53,770 nt of DNA, from positions 1 to 53,770 of IMG/VR virus record IMGVR_UViG_3300009684_001705; one strand, given 5' to 3'. A program made the translations under genes and the position numbers. Of the stretch, positions 6,527 through 16,312 are shown one piece after another. Numbering within the stretch: position 1 is the stretch's first letter; each line of letters begins with the position of its first letter. This DNA comes from a virus. Lineage: Duplodnaviria; Caudoviricetes. The notes under the pieces were generated by a model that was not told the DNA's origin, did not search any database, and saw only the letters and a program-made list of their open reading frames with translations.

Positions 6527-7467
6527 TTTGCAAACTCCAGCTCCATCATCATCTCTGTCAAACAAGCCATGACATTAATCTCGGCATCGGCAGAGAATGC
6601 TGCCTGATATTGATAGCGTCCGAGCAAAAGAACGAGTGCAGGAACACTTGATTTAACAAGAAATTCAGCACAGTGATCATACAGCTTACGGAAAATCATA
6701 TTCTGATCGCTGTCGAGATTCTCACCAACCCATTTACGGATGCCAGTGAAATTCTTTTCTCTAAGAAGAGTAACCAATTCGTTAAGAGAGATCTCCTGGA
6801 TATTTGCCAAAATACCAGAATCAATTGCACCAGTGGCAGAGTAACGCTGAAGTTCATTAAGAACACGACGCCAATCAGGGAAATGCTTATTGATAACTTC
6901 CGCAACAACTGCCTTATCATTTGTCACGTTTTCGGTAGTCAAAATACTGGTAACTCGCTTTAGGAACTGGACAGCGAGTTTGGCCATATCTTTCTTGCCA
7001 ATTTTAAAATCGATTACAGAACATCGAGAATGAAGAGGCTCGATAATTCGGTTCTTAAAATTACAAGTAAGGATAAAACCACAGTTTCGAGAGAACTCCT
7101 CCATAAAGTTACGAAGAGCTGGTTGAATTGTTTGGGCGTTCATATAATCTGCTTCGTCTAGAATAACATATTTACGACCACCACTAAGCGAGACAGAAGA
7201 TGCAAAATTTGCAATCTCATTTCGTAGAGTGTCGATCAATCTACCTTCATTAGATCCGTTGATTATAATATAATCACAACTGAGCTCTTCAAGCATGGCA
7301 CGAGCTATTGTCGTTTTACCAACACCAGCTGTACCAGACAAAATAAGATTAGGAATATTTTTTTGATCCACGAACTGTTGGAAGGTCGCCTTAAGTTCAG
7401 CGGGAAGAATAGTTTCTTCAATTGTTTTCGGACGATACTTCTCGACCCAGAGAAAATCATTATTCAT
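6523..7467 (-). CDS. gp44: clamp loader large subunit
   Basis: LWVEKYRP, GTAGVGKTT, DEAD, SRC motifs. Confidence 0.97.
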   Translation of the reverse strand: MNNDFLWVEKYRPKTIEETILPAELKATFQQFVDQKNIPNLILSGTAGVGKTTIARAMLEELSCDYIIINGSNEGRLIDTLRNEIANFASSVSLSGGRKYVILDEADYMNAQTIQPALRNFMEEFSRNCGFILTCNFKNRIIEPLHSRCSVIDFKIGKKDMAKLAVQFLKRVTSILTTENVTNDKAVVAEVINKHFPDWRRVLNELQRYSATGAIDSGILANIQEISLNELVTLLREKNFTGIRKWVGENLDSDQNMIFRKLYDHCAEFLVKSSVPALVLLLGRYQYQAAFSADAEINVMACLTEMMMELEFAK

Positions 7468-7813
7468 TACAATCCACCTTATCATTAATAAACAATTCAA
7501 GATTCAAAGTCGGTATTTGAAGTTGTTCATTAGTTTTCCAACCAAAACCTTTCTTATTGTTACGGTTTTTCTCGTCAAAAGCTAATTTAGATATAGATCT
7601 AAAAGAATTAACATGCAAAGTTCTCGGATCAATATTTTGCATATATTGTTTTACATAAGTTTCCTCAGAAGGAATAAGTTTATGAGTTACTTTGCAATAA
7701 ATCAAAAGCGGAACCTGTTTTTGATCATCAATTCCCAAAAGTTCAGTTAATGGATTACGAATCGGTTCATACGATTGCATCAATCTTTTAGGTTTTTTAT
7801 TAGACATTCTCAT
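7460..7813 (-). CDS. hypothetical protein inserted between gp45 and gp44
   Basis: ORF with GGAG RBS and own promoter; low GC. Confidence 0.6.
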   Translation of the reverse strand: MRMSNKKPKRLMQSYEPIRNPLTELLGIDDQKQVPLLIYCKVTHKLIPSEETYVKQYMQNIDPRTLHVNSFRSISKLAFDEKNRNNKKGFGWKTNEQLQIPTLNLELFINDKVDCNE

Positions 7814-7830
7814 CACATATCTCCATAACA

Positions 7831-7873
7831 AAAAGGGGAGAGCTATTATACTCTCCCCGAAATAAAAAGTCAA
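7831..7873 (-). promoter_or_regulatory. terminator hairpin overlapping a sigma70-type promoter
   Basis: GGGGAGAG-TATAATAG-CTCTCCCC-TTTT; TTGACT-17-TATAAT with the -10 box in the loop. Confidence 0.7.
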
Positions 7874-8527
7874 TTAGAAAGTTGAAGACTGTTCAACAGC
7901 AATCCAGTATTCAGCTTCCTTACCTACAAAGTGAGAAATACCACGGGCAGAAATATCTACACTATACTCACCAGGAATAATTTTGATATTTTCTGATTTA
8001 AAGATAGCCTTGAAAACCTTATCGGTAAGGCCAATATTAATTGAGTAAACGTCGCTAGAAGGATTTTTAGTATCAGCAGCTTGAAGAAAAATGTTTGTAC
8101 CATCTCCAGAAATTACGATTTCTGGAAGCTGAAGAACACCAGCACCTTTTTCTACATCCTTAAGGTTCTTATCTGTAAGGATAAATGATACATCAATAGA
8201 AGGAAGGTTAATCTCCTTATTTGGAGCCTTATTAATCGCTGCCTCATCAGCATACGTATAATTCGAATGTGCATTATTATCCGAAATAACGACAAACTTA
8301 TCCTTAAAGTCTAATTCAGGATCGTTAAACAAACTGAGTGCAGAAAGGAAACGATCCATATTATATATGGCAAAATGCTTATGAAATTCAGTAGCGACCG
8401 TTGCCTTAGCCATGATAGTTTTCGATGGCGAAATGGTTTTCAAAACATTTCCTTCTGTAATAACAATAGAAGGATTAATCTTTGCGAAATTCTTGAGCAC
8501 GTTGATGGTGTTTGTATCAATCTTCAT
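7874..8527 (-). CDS. gp45: DNA polymerase sliding clamp
   Basis: T..VLKNFAKINPSI...YWIAVE; synteny with gp44/62. Confidence 0.95.
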   Translation of the reverse strand: MKIDTNTINVLKNFAKINPSIVITEGNVLKTISPSKTIMAKATVATEFHKHFAIYNMDRFLSALSLFNDPELDFKDKFVVISDNNAHSNYTYADEAAINKAPNKEINLPSIDVSFILTDKNLKDVEKGAGVLQLPEIVISGDGTNIFLQAADTKNPSSDVYSINIGLTDKVFKAIFKSENIKIIPGEYSVDISARGISHFVGKEAEYWIAVEQSSTF

Positions 8528-8555
8528 AATATATTCTCCAATGATAAAGGGAAGT

Positions 8556-8593
8556 GTTGCTATTGTACCCTACTTCAAGCACAATAGCAACAT
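8556..8593 (-). promoter_or_regulatory. 12-bp inverted repeat containing promoter-like TTGCTA-17-TACAAT
   Basis: TGTTGCTATTGT...ACAATAGCAACA upstream of gp45. Confidence 0.5.
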
Positions 8594-8599
8594 TTATTT

Positions 8600-9457
8600 T
8601 TACTTCTTCTTGGGTTTTCCACCAAGCTGCGAAGGATCAGCAGTAGCTGATGCACCAATTGATGCAAGATCAGCAAGAGATCCACCAAAGATATAAGTGC
8701 CAACATGCTGCATTTTCATCCAAGGACAGAACCAAGTTTTAAGATTAGCTTCCTGAGCCTTTTGGCAGAACCAGTAGTCTTCCGAAAGGTAACGCTTAGA
8801 CTTAGGATCGACTTCCGCCTGGAAAGCCATCATGATTTCACGAGTGCCATCGAAATGTTCAGTGCGAACATGATCGGGCTTATACATATACTGAGGATAG
8901 AACTCACAGAACTTCTTCATTGCTGGCTTTGAAATCATCATGAAACCAGTACCAATTTCAAGAACCTCACAAGGTTCACCGATTGCGATGCTCTGCTGAC
9001 CGCCCTTTGGATTGAAGACATAATCACCAACAAACTTTTCAAGAACGTTTGGATCTTCGTCAGCAATACCCTTATCAACAGCGAGCTTAATCTTTTCCCA
9101 GCTGATGCACTTCTTAGGATAAGGACCGCCAATGATGTCATACTTATCAGGATCCTGAGTTTGAAGAGCCATAAGAGCGATAATATCTTGTGGATTAAAA
9201 CCAATGTCCGAGTCGATAAACATTAGATGATCTGCATCAGAACGAATAAATTCATCGACACAATAGTTACGTGCACGAGTGATCAATGATTCGTTGAAGA
9301 GAAAATAAAACTGAAGAGGAATTCCATACTGTGCACACAATGCTGAAAGATCAGCAACTGAACGAGCAAACATACCAGCACACATACCACCATACATTGG
9401 TGTAGCAATGAAAAGCTTACGCTTACGAAGCTCTTCAATATTAATATTAATTTCCAT
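8600..9457 (-). CDS. GT-A fold glycosyltransferase-like protein
   Basis: IATPMYGG, ITRARN, MFIDSD (DxD), GTGFM, LSEDYWFC, HVG motifs. Confidence 0.75.
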   Translation of the reverse strand: MEININIEELRKRKLFIATPMYGGMCAGMFARSVADLSALCAQYGIPLQFYFLFNESLITRARNYCVDEFIRSDADHLMFIDSDIGFNPQDIIALMALQTQDPDKYDIIGGPYPKKCISWEKIKLAVDKGIADEDPNVLEKFVGDYVFNPKGGQQSIAIGEPCEVLEIGTGFMMISKPAMKKFCEFYPQYMYKPDHVRTEHFDGTREIMMAFQAEVDPKSKRYLSEDYWFCQKAQEANLKTWFCPWMKMQHVGTYIFGGSLADLASIGASATADPSQLGGKPKKK

Positions 9458-9801
9458 TATTTACCATCCTTATAATGATCCACATATAAACACATTAGCG
9501 TGTAGTGGAGCGTTTTCATCAAATCAGCTTTATTGCTGCCATTCTTTTTACCATAACGCCAAAGATACTTGAGCGCTGTGTTACGAAACGTAGGCATCGA
9601 ATCACCAAATGCAATCCAAGCATCAAAACATTCAATGCTCTGATCTTCAGACTTGTAGTGTTCACCATACGTCTTATCTATATAGGTTTTGAAGTCGGCG
9701 ATAATCCGATCCTCAGCATACTTATAAGAAATATTTTCCGAATCTTCACAAACCATATTAGTTGATTTCAATGACATATAATAATCTTTATCTATCTGCA
9801 T
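9457..9801 (-). CDS. DUF3310-like protein (putative nucleotide kinase, T7 gp1.7-like)
   Basis: HY..IECFD..N.LKYLWRYGKKNG..DL.K..HY pattern. Confidence 0.75.
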   Translation of the reverse strand: MQIDKDYYMSLKSTNMVCEDSENISYKYAEDRIIADFKTYIDKTYGEHYKSEDQSIECFDAWIAFGDSMPTFRNTALKYLWRYGKKNGSNKADLMKTLHYTLMCLYVDHYKDGK

Positions 9802-10339
9802 TATAAATCTCCACGTCTGCAGTTATTGCCTCAAACACCCTTTCTTGTTCTTCCAAGTTATTGTTGGCAAACTTTGTAATATGAAACATCAATCCAAAAT
9901 TAGTAAGGATGTTTCCAATCTTTGTTTCTCGTCCCTGAAGCCAAGTTTCATTTTGCTCGCTACCACGTTCTTTATATCGTTCTGTACGAATTTCTTTATT
10001 CGTTGAAAGATAAACGATAGTTGTATCGTAGTTATCAACGCACGACTCGAGAAACGAAGCTGTGAAAAGACGATCGCCTTCATAAAGAAGAACTGCATCT
10101 TTGGGCAAAGTAGCGAGGAATTTAATAGCCTCTGGCTGAACAGCCATGCTCATACGATCTGTTCCGGCGAATACCTGACCTTCTTCATACTTACCAAGAA
10201 CATATATGTTCTCTTTCTGAAGATAAGGTACAAGCTTCACCGAATCATACTTAGGTTCGAGTTTATAATTCTCGATAATACGTTTCATCAAAGTAGTTTT
10301 ACCAGATCCTGGTTCACCACCAATAGCAATAACTTTCAT
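9788..10339 (-). CDS. P-loop kinase, probable 5-hydroxymethyluracil-DNA kinase
   Basis: GGEPGSGKTT, GKY..FAGTDRMSM, EGDRL; adjacent to aGPT-Pplase. Confidence 0.8.
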   Translation of the reverse strand: MKVIAIGGEPGSGKTTLMKRIIENYKLEPKYDSVKLVPYLQKENIYVLGKYEEGQVFAGTDRMSMAVQPEAIKFLATLPKDAVLLYEGDRLFTASFLESCVDNYDTTIVYLSTNKEIRTERYKERGSEQNETWLQGRETKIGNILTNFGLMFHITKFANNNLEEQERVFEAITADVEIYNADR

Positions 10340-10341
10340 AA

Positions 10342-11331
10342 TTACTCCATAAATGCTTCAATGCCAGCACTCTTCGTTTCGAAGATACCAGTTGCATCGA
10401 GAATATTAGAATTAAGGTATAGACTCATTTTACTATGATTTATACTATTAGTCAACAGTTTATTTTGTATAGTTTCAGACCTGGAGTCCCATAGTGGTTG
10501 CCAGTCAATACCATTCCAATTATCTTTTTCGCATTTGGCAATCTCTTCGGCCTGTCGATCTAGATAATAACCTAGATACCTACCATGTTTAACACGAAAC
10601 AGTTTTTTAAACGAACAGAGACATGTTTCCATATCAAAGTAATCAGTGTTGGGGAAATCTTTACGAATCTCGTTAAGAATATCTTGCGCCTCGCCTTCAA
10701 GATAAGCAATTTGTGATGCAGTAAGTTTTTGATCATACCACTCATCAAGACCAAGAGCCATAAGCAAACCATTACGATGTGACCTTGAACCATCGTAATC
10801 GTCAAGCATAAGATTGTTTGGTTCAATTGGCATATTACAACACTGTTTAAGCGTTTGTAAATAAAACCAAGTTGAATAACGTCCAAACTTATGGAACTTC
10901 GACTTTATTTCGGGCCAGAGTTGTTTGAAGTTTTCATCGGGGGATCCTGTAAGGAATGGTTGAAATGCTTCCCGTTGAGTTTTATCGCCCACCCATTGTT
11001 TGTAGGACTCGAACTGGGCTGGAAGATGACCCTTATTCCACTTGGTGTCAGTTTGATAACGGAGCCGTTTGTAATTGTTATTATTCCATTCGCGAAGTCG
11101 TTCAACGCCAACGAGCTCCATATCCGGAAATTCGTTCCAAATCACCCATGTAGTTGGGAGGTAATATGTTGTACCATAGATCCAAGAAATCCAAAGCTTC
11201 TGCTCCTTATTATGTTCAAATCTATCAAACAAATAATTTGTCATGAAAATCGCTGGATCGCAATCCTTAATGGAAAGCGACCAGCGATACCAGTTAATAA
11301 AATCTTGTTTACGCTGCAATTTGTTTTTCAT
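10342..11331 (-). CDS. alpha-glutamyl/putrescinyl thymine pyrophosphorylase family (amino acid:DNA transferase, clade 2-like)
   Basis: DCDP, HhH-like KFGRYSTWFYLQ, S.SHRNGL, ETCLCSFKK, RYLGYY. Confidence 0.8.
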   Translation of the reverse strand: MKNKLQRKQDFINWYRWSLSIKDCDPAIFMTNYLFDRFEHNKEQKLWISWIYGTTYYLPTTWVIWNEFPDMELVGVERLREWNNNNYKRLRYQTDTKWNKGHLPAQFESYKQWVGDKTQREAFQPFLTGSPDENFKQLWPEIKSKFHKFGRYSTWFYLQTLKQCCNMPIEPNNLMLDDYDGSRSHRNGLLMALGLDEWYDQKLTASQIAYLEGEAQDILNEIRKDFPNTDYFDMETCLCSFKKLFRVKHGRYLGYYLDRQAEEIAKCEKDNWNGIDWQPLWDSRSETIQNKLLTNSINHSKMSLYLNSNILDATGIFETKSAGIEAFME

Positions 11332-12760
11332 CAAACAACATATTGACAATATTATTTATCATATTACCCTTTCTTGTGGTGTCATAACGAGCTGGCAAAG
11401 AAACAATAAACACCATGGCATCATTATGTTTCCCAACAAATGGAACATACCCATTTATGGCTTTAGATTTATCAGGGAAAAAATTATAAAATTCGAAATT
11501 ATTTTTCACATTTTGAAAAATTTTCGTTTCTTGGTTTTCAGTTTTAGTTTCTGTATGATATGCAAGAATAACTTCAGCAGTTTTTCCTTGCGAAGATCCA
11601 GTAGTGCCAAAGAAATTAGCCGGATTAGAAATTGCATCGCGATGCAAACTTGAAAATGATGATCTACTAACTGATGCTTTAGGGAATTTCATGTTAACAT
11701 AATAAGAAATTTTTTCAAGCAACTTATTAGCACTATAATTTACCCAATTATCGCTTTTTATCTCATTTTCTTCATATTTTTCTTTATATGATTTAAGGTT
11801 TTGAACTAAAGCCTGTGTACTAAATTTTTTGTAATATAAAGCTTTAAAACATTCACAAAAATATTCAAAAGAGTTTTCAAATAATTCTTTATGATCCATA
11901 TGAAAATTATGAATGTGATTCGGTAGTTCTTTACTTGGATCCTGTGCCTTTTTATATTGTTCAGGAATATTTCGAGCTGAACAATAATTTCTCATGATAG
12001 AACTAGTGTCATTGAATACGTTTGATTTAAGCCTAACTACAGGAACAGTTGACCAAATTTTGCATTTTTCAATAGCATGCACAGTTGTCGTGCCATCCAA
12101 ACGCATTTCTGTACCATCTGGATATTCAACGATTGTACAAGCTTCAACTTTTCGAACAGCTGCAATAGGATCTCGCAGCATAGACTCAGCGACTTTACTG
12201 ACTTCTTTAGGATCTACATGATTTTCAGTAATTTGCAAAAACTCCATTTTAACCATGCGATCAACAGGTTCATAAGTTACCTTATGAATAACTTTATCAG
12301 GAGTATCCAATTGGACAATAACTGCTTGTTTAACTTCTGAAGCTAATTTTTCAATACGTAAATTAATTTTTTCATATTCTTCAACAGAATACTTTTCTGG
12401 AAAAATATTATAAAAAATCATATTTTCACCAACAATATAATCTTTTTCTTCAAGAATACTTTGGCGAGCGCCACCAACATATCCACCGCCACTATTTTTA
12501 TTGTAAAGATCAATTGCATTATTTTTCGCAAGATTGATTAAATATGTTTCAAGAGCATGAGCTTTTTCTTTGCTCTCACCTTTATAAACAATATATTCGT
12601 CGATTAAATTATCTTCAATAGCTTTTTGAAGAAAAATACTAGATGAAGAATGTGTGTATGATTTGCTGCCAATTTGATGATGCAAACCAATATAAAAACA
12701 ATTGATAGAATTATTATGCAGGATATATACGTACCAGTAGTTCGGTTCAAAGTTCAACAT
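11309..12760 (-). CDS. GIY-YIG domain protein with large C-terminal region (possible ParB-like subdomain)
   Basis: WYVYIL...FYIGLH, E..LI, YN at N-terminus; LDGTTT..AI..VPV; low GC. Confidence 0.65.
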   Translation of the reverse strand: MLNFEPNYWYVYILHNNSINCFYIGLHHQIGSKSYTHSSSSIFLQKAIEDNLIDEYIVYKGESKEKAHALETYLINLAKNNAIDLYNKNSGGGYVGGARQSILEEKDYIVGENMIFYNIFPEKYSVEEYEKINLRIEKLASEVKQAVIVQLDTPDKVIHKVTYEPVDRMVKMEFLQITENHVDPKEVSKVAESMLRDPIAAVRKVEACTIVEYPDGTEMRLDGTTTVHAIEKCKIWSTVPVVRLKSNVFNDTSSIMRNYCSARNIPEQYKKAQDPSKELPNHIHNFHMDHKELFENSFEYFCECFKALYYKKFSTQALVQNLKSYKEKYEENEIKSDNWVNYSANKLLEKISYYVNMKFPKASVSRSSFSSLHRDAISNPANFFGTTGSSQGKTAEVILAYHTETKTENQETKIFQNVKNNFEFYNFFPDKSKAINGYVPFVGKHNDAMVFIVSLPARYDTTRKGNMINNIVNMLFDEKQIAA

Positions 12761-12799
12761 TTTATATCTCCTAAATTCTCATATTTTGATAGAGCGAGA

Positions 12800-13402
12800 T
12801 TATATCAGCATTAAGAACTCATTATAGCGTGATGGATGTCCAAAGTCAAATTTAGTATGTTTTTTAACTTTTTTAGCTATCCATTTTAATTTTGCATTAC
12901 GAAGTTCTTGTGGATATTTGTTTATGATTTCACTTGCAGTCATATTTTGCGTATCTTTAAAACATTCTACGCCTTTCATGTTAATAGGAAGGTCGCAGAA
13001 CATGGAATGACCTATGGTTGTTCCCCAATAAGTCATTCCAAGCCTATCATAAAAGCCGAGGGCTGAGCGGTTACAGTCTAATCGTATGCTTGTAGCCCCG
13101 ACATCAACTGCTTCGAGAATATTACGATGTAACATTTCTCTGGCAGAACCTTTACCCCTGCCCGGAACAGGAGTAAAGATATTAGATATGAAGAGAACTC
13201 TGGATTTTGATTGACCAGAAAGTTTCATAAAACACACGGACAAAATCTCACCGTTCTCTTCTAAAACTCTGGGTGGCCATTTATCCCAAGCTTTCATATA
13301 GTTCCACATACCTATGGCAACTTTCGAAAACTTCCGATCTTTCCCAACCAGAGTATTATTATACCTCAAATATGCTTCTTTGTCAAGCGTTTTGTAGATC
13401 AT
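12800..13402 (-). CDS. GNAT family N-acyltransferase
   Basis: RGKGSA motif A; ALGFYDRLG. Confidence 0.85.
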   Translation of the reverse strand: MIYKTLDKEAYLRYNNTLVGKDRKFSKVAIGMWNYMKAWDKWPPRVLEENGEILSVCFMKLSGQSKSRVLFISNIFTPVPGRGKGSAREMLHRNILEAVDVGATSIRLDCNRSALGFYDRLGMTYWGTTIGHSMFCDLPINMKGVECFKDTQNMTASEIINKYPQELRNAKLKWIAKKVKKHTKFDFGHPSRYNEFLMLI

Positions 13403-14319
13403 ACTGAAAGAAATTTACGAGACTTACCGAGCTTGTTAAGACCAAGTTTTTCGGCAGTTTCATCATCAAGGTTGCGATCAGTACGTTCATGTTTGGTCTT
13501 TTCCCAACCAACATACATCTCATGATCGTATTCAAATGGTGGAAACTTGTAATCATTGTAGAACAGAATTTCCTGTACGTCTGGACCATTATTGAGCGCC
13601 GCATCAATCCATTCAGTGGCAAACTTGAAACAGTCTTCGATTTCACGTCGATCAACAGAGCTACGGAAACAACGAAATTCAATAGTCTTAGAATTTTTAA
13701 GAGCGTATGTGTGAATACCATATCGGAAAGGGCGAGACTGAGTAACCGCATCTTTACCACAACAATGAACACGAAGCCAATCATTGAAGTCAGTCGGTAC
13801 TGTCCCAAGATTAGTTGCGAGCCAGTCGGCCATAATACGCCCACCATCGTGCTTAAGATAAGTTTTGGCAGTCTTAGTGAGATCCATATTTGGAACAACT
13901 CGAAACTGGTAACAACGATCAATGGTCATGTGCTGATTATCACGAAGATAAAGCGACAGACGCTTCAATGCATCGATGTCTTCGGTAAGGCCAGGAACAT
14001 GAATATGGAGATGTCCATGGTTAACGCAACCGGCAGTCGGTACAGTGCCATGATCAACAAACATATCATGAAGCTTCATAATGTTGTCGACTTGCTCCTG
14101 CCATGTCTTAGTTGGTTTGGTATTGATCTCACCACCAACAGGTGGGTTAACACCCTTCGGGTCAGAGCCTAGTCCACGGTAAGGATCACGAAGATTTATG
14201 ATATCAGTTTCACAATATTCCCATGCGCCGAGCTCTTCGGGAATTGGCATTTTGCGATCAATATCACCCCATTCAATTTCATAACCATAAGTGAATGTGT
14301 TTCGATCATACTTTGTCAT
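13399..14319 (-). CDS. amidoligase (COOH-NH2 ligase family)
   Basis: GYEIEW, GGEINT, HGHLHIH, TIEFR motifs. Confidence 0.85.
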   Translation of the reverse strand: MTKYDRNTFTYGYEIEWGDIDRKMPIPEELGAWEYCETDIINLRDPYRGLGSDPKGVNPPVGGEINTKPTKTWQEQVDNIMKLHDMFVDHGTVPTAGCVNHGHLHIHVPGLTEDIDALKRLSLYLRDNQHMTIDRCYQFRVVPNMDLTKTAKTYLKHDGGRIMADWLATNLGTVPTDFNDWLRVHCCGKDAVTQSRPFRYGIHTYALKNSKTIEFRCFRSSVDRREIEDCFKFATEWIDAALNNGPDVQEILFYNDYKFPPFEYDHEMYVGWEKTKHERTDRNLDDETAEKLGLNKLGKSRKFLSV

Positions 14320-15002
14320 TGTAAATCCTCAATGTTATCCGGAACAGATATACCATGGCTCATAAGCGTAAAATCTATCACCATATAAACACGGTACATC
14401 TCGGTTTTTTCAATATCAGTTAATCCTGCCCGCTTTAAAATGTCAGCAGTCGAGGCAAAAATAGTCATTCTAGAATCAGAATAATAATATAAAGGTCGTT
14501 CTTCATTTCTAAATGCAGTAATTACCTTATCATTATCAATAGTACAAACCGCCATCGATGCCGGTCTAAATGTTTTTAATGGGTGTCCTTTTCCGCTTTC
14601 AAGTTGGCGCAAAATAAGTTCTGAGTCATTGGCTGTCTCAGTTTCAAAACCAAAGGATTTTCTCCATAATTCTTTTGGTTCTTGTGTGATAACTCCATTG
14701 TGGACGATTGAGAGTTTATCAGACGCCATAGGCTGATTGTAGTTAAGATCACTGGTAGAATAACGGATATGCCCAATACAATATAAGTTACCATCTTCAT
14801 TTCTCCAAGAATTTAAATCTTGAGTTTTAATAAATTCATCAGCGGGGATTGGTTCTTTAATTGTATTTATCATTTCGTTTTTCACATACGAAACGCCTGT
14901 GGCATGTTTACCACGAATCATAGACTGTTGAAAAAGACCACGAACTAAATCGTGATCTCCTTCATTAAAATTATCAATTGTTATTGCAAGAACACCACAC
15001 AT
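14316..15002 (-). CDS. class II (Ntn) glutamine amidotransferase
   Basis: MCG N-terminus, RG.HATG, GHIRYST, HNGVI, NDSE. Confidence 0.92.
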   Translation of the reverse strand: MCGVLAITIDNFNEGDHDLVRGLFQQSMIRGKHATGVSYVKNEMINTIKEPIPADEFIKTQDLNSWRNEDGNLYCIGHIRYSTSDLNYNQPMASDKLSIVHNGVITQEPKELWRKSFGFETETANDSELILRQLESGKGHPLKTFRPASMAVCTIDNDKVITAFRNEERPLYYYSDSRMTIFASTADILKRAGLTDIEKTEMYRVYMVIDFTLMSHGISVPDNIEDLQ

Positions 15003-16312
15003 TAAAAGAATGAATCCAAACTAGCTGATTCTACTTTTTTATATGGATCGTTCATATAATGGGCTTTCATATAATCATACCATTCTTTATCTTCCCACAT
15101 TGCAGGAGATACACCATTCCAAAGAGTGCGATGCAATTTATGATTTTTATTCATACGCCGTTCTTCAACATATTTCTTGCGAAGCATTTCATAATCATAT
15201 GACTTAAGGTCAACCATCTTTTCACGGAAATATGCAACAATGGTCATACGATCGTTGTCATCACCGATAAGTTCATCGTTAGCATGAATACCTTCGTGAT
15301 TATTTACAAGGAGCATATCACCAGGCTGGAGATTAATAGCAATACGGTACTCAGGGAGAATAAATTGGCCACCTCTCCATCCTTTCCCGTCAGGCCCAGT
15401 AATACCGCATATGTTACTGAAGCCAGTAGTAAGATCGCCTGCATCACGGTGGCAGGCAGTGCGCCAGTTATGGTTAACAGTAAGAGTAGTGAAGACAGTG
15501 CCATCGATGCGGAATCGATAGTCAAGTTTGTCGGCCTCTGCATTTTGAGCTTTCCATCTACCAGGAATCAGTTCACGAAACTGATCATTCAGCTTGTGTA
15601 GATAAGGATATGAAAGAGCAAACTTATCTGGATTCTTTTCATTATATGCACAAGCACGACCATGAGGGATACGAGGATAACGATCAAAGTATCCAGCAAT
15701 ACCAGACATCACAGACTGCGCATAATTGGTGTCTGAAATATAATTATCAATAACATGCTGCGCTTCATTCATCTGCTCTTCACGAGACATATTATGAAGA
15801 CCCATAAGCCACTTATCAAACCAACCATGGTACTCAGGATAAATCTTAGTTACTTCCGAACGAAGCCAAACCTGACCACGTGTTTCTTCTTTTGAATTAT
15901 GTTTGTAACTTTCCTTAATTGAATCCAAAGTTCGATGTTCGTTATGTTCTACCATAGGATTATTAGGACGACACAGATACTCTAAAATTTCAATCTGTTC
16001 TGGTGTAACCCAGTCGCGATTACCACGACCTTCCTGACCTAGCTGGTCTCCACGAGGTCCAGCCGCCATACCACGGTTTTGTGATTCTGTTGCAGCCCCT
16101 CTCAAACCAATATATGCAGAATCGCATTCTTCTTTCGTAAATGTATTTTTACGAAACTTGAAAATAATATTATCTTCGGTGAGAGTACCGTCGATAGCTT
16201 CTGCATAAAGATCACAATCATCTTGAATAATTCTATCATAATAATTATTACCGACAAATGTTCCAAGAACTTCTTCTGAACTGATCTTTGGTCTTACTAA
16301 AATTTCTACCAC
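15002..16312 (-). CDS. TET/JBP-family 2OG-Fe(II) dioxygenase
   Basis: FTTLTVNHNWRTACHRDAGD (HxD), HAN, RMTIVAYFRE; resembles the JBP1 thymine hydroxylase core. Confidence 0.85.
   Translation of the reverse strand: MVEILVRPKISSEEVLGTFVGNNYYDRIIQDDCDLYAEAIDGTLTEDNIIFKFRKNTFTKEECDSAYIGLRGAATESQNRGMAAGPRGDQLGQEGRGNRDWVTPEQIEILEYLCRPNNPMVEHNEHRTLDSIKESYKHNSKEETRGQVWLRSEVTKIYPEYHGWFDKWLMGLHNMSREEQMNEAQHVIDNYISDTNYAQSVMSGIAGYFDRYPRIPHGRACAYNEKNPDKFALSYPYLHKLNDQFRELIPGRWKAQNAEADKLDYRFRIDGTVFTTLTVNHNWRTACHRDAGDLTTGFSNICGITGPDGKGWRGGQFILPEYRIAINLQPGDMLLVNNHEGIHANDELIGDDNDRMTIVAYFREKMVDLKSYDYEMLRKKYVEERRMNKNHKLHRTLWNGVSPAMWEDKEWYDYMKAHYMNDPYKKVESASLDSFF

Noticed and set aside
13489-14172. 227-aa plus-strand ORF and other antisense ORFs across the window
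   Set aside because: Shadows of well-supported minus-strand genes with no recognisable motifs.
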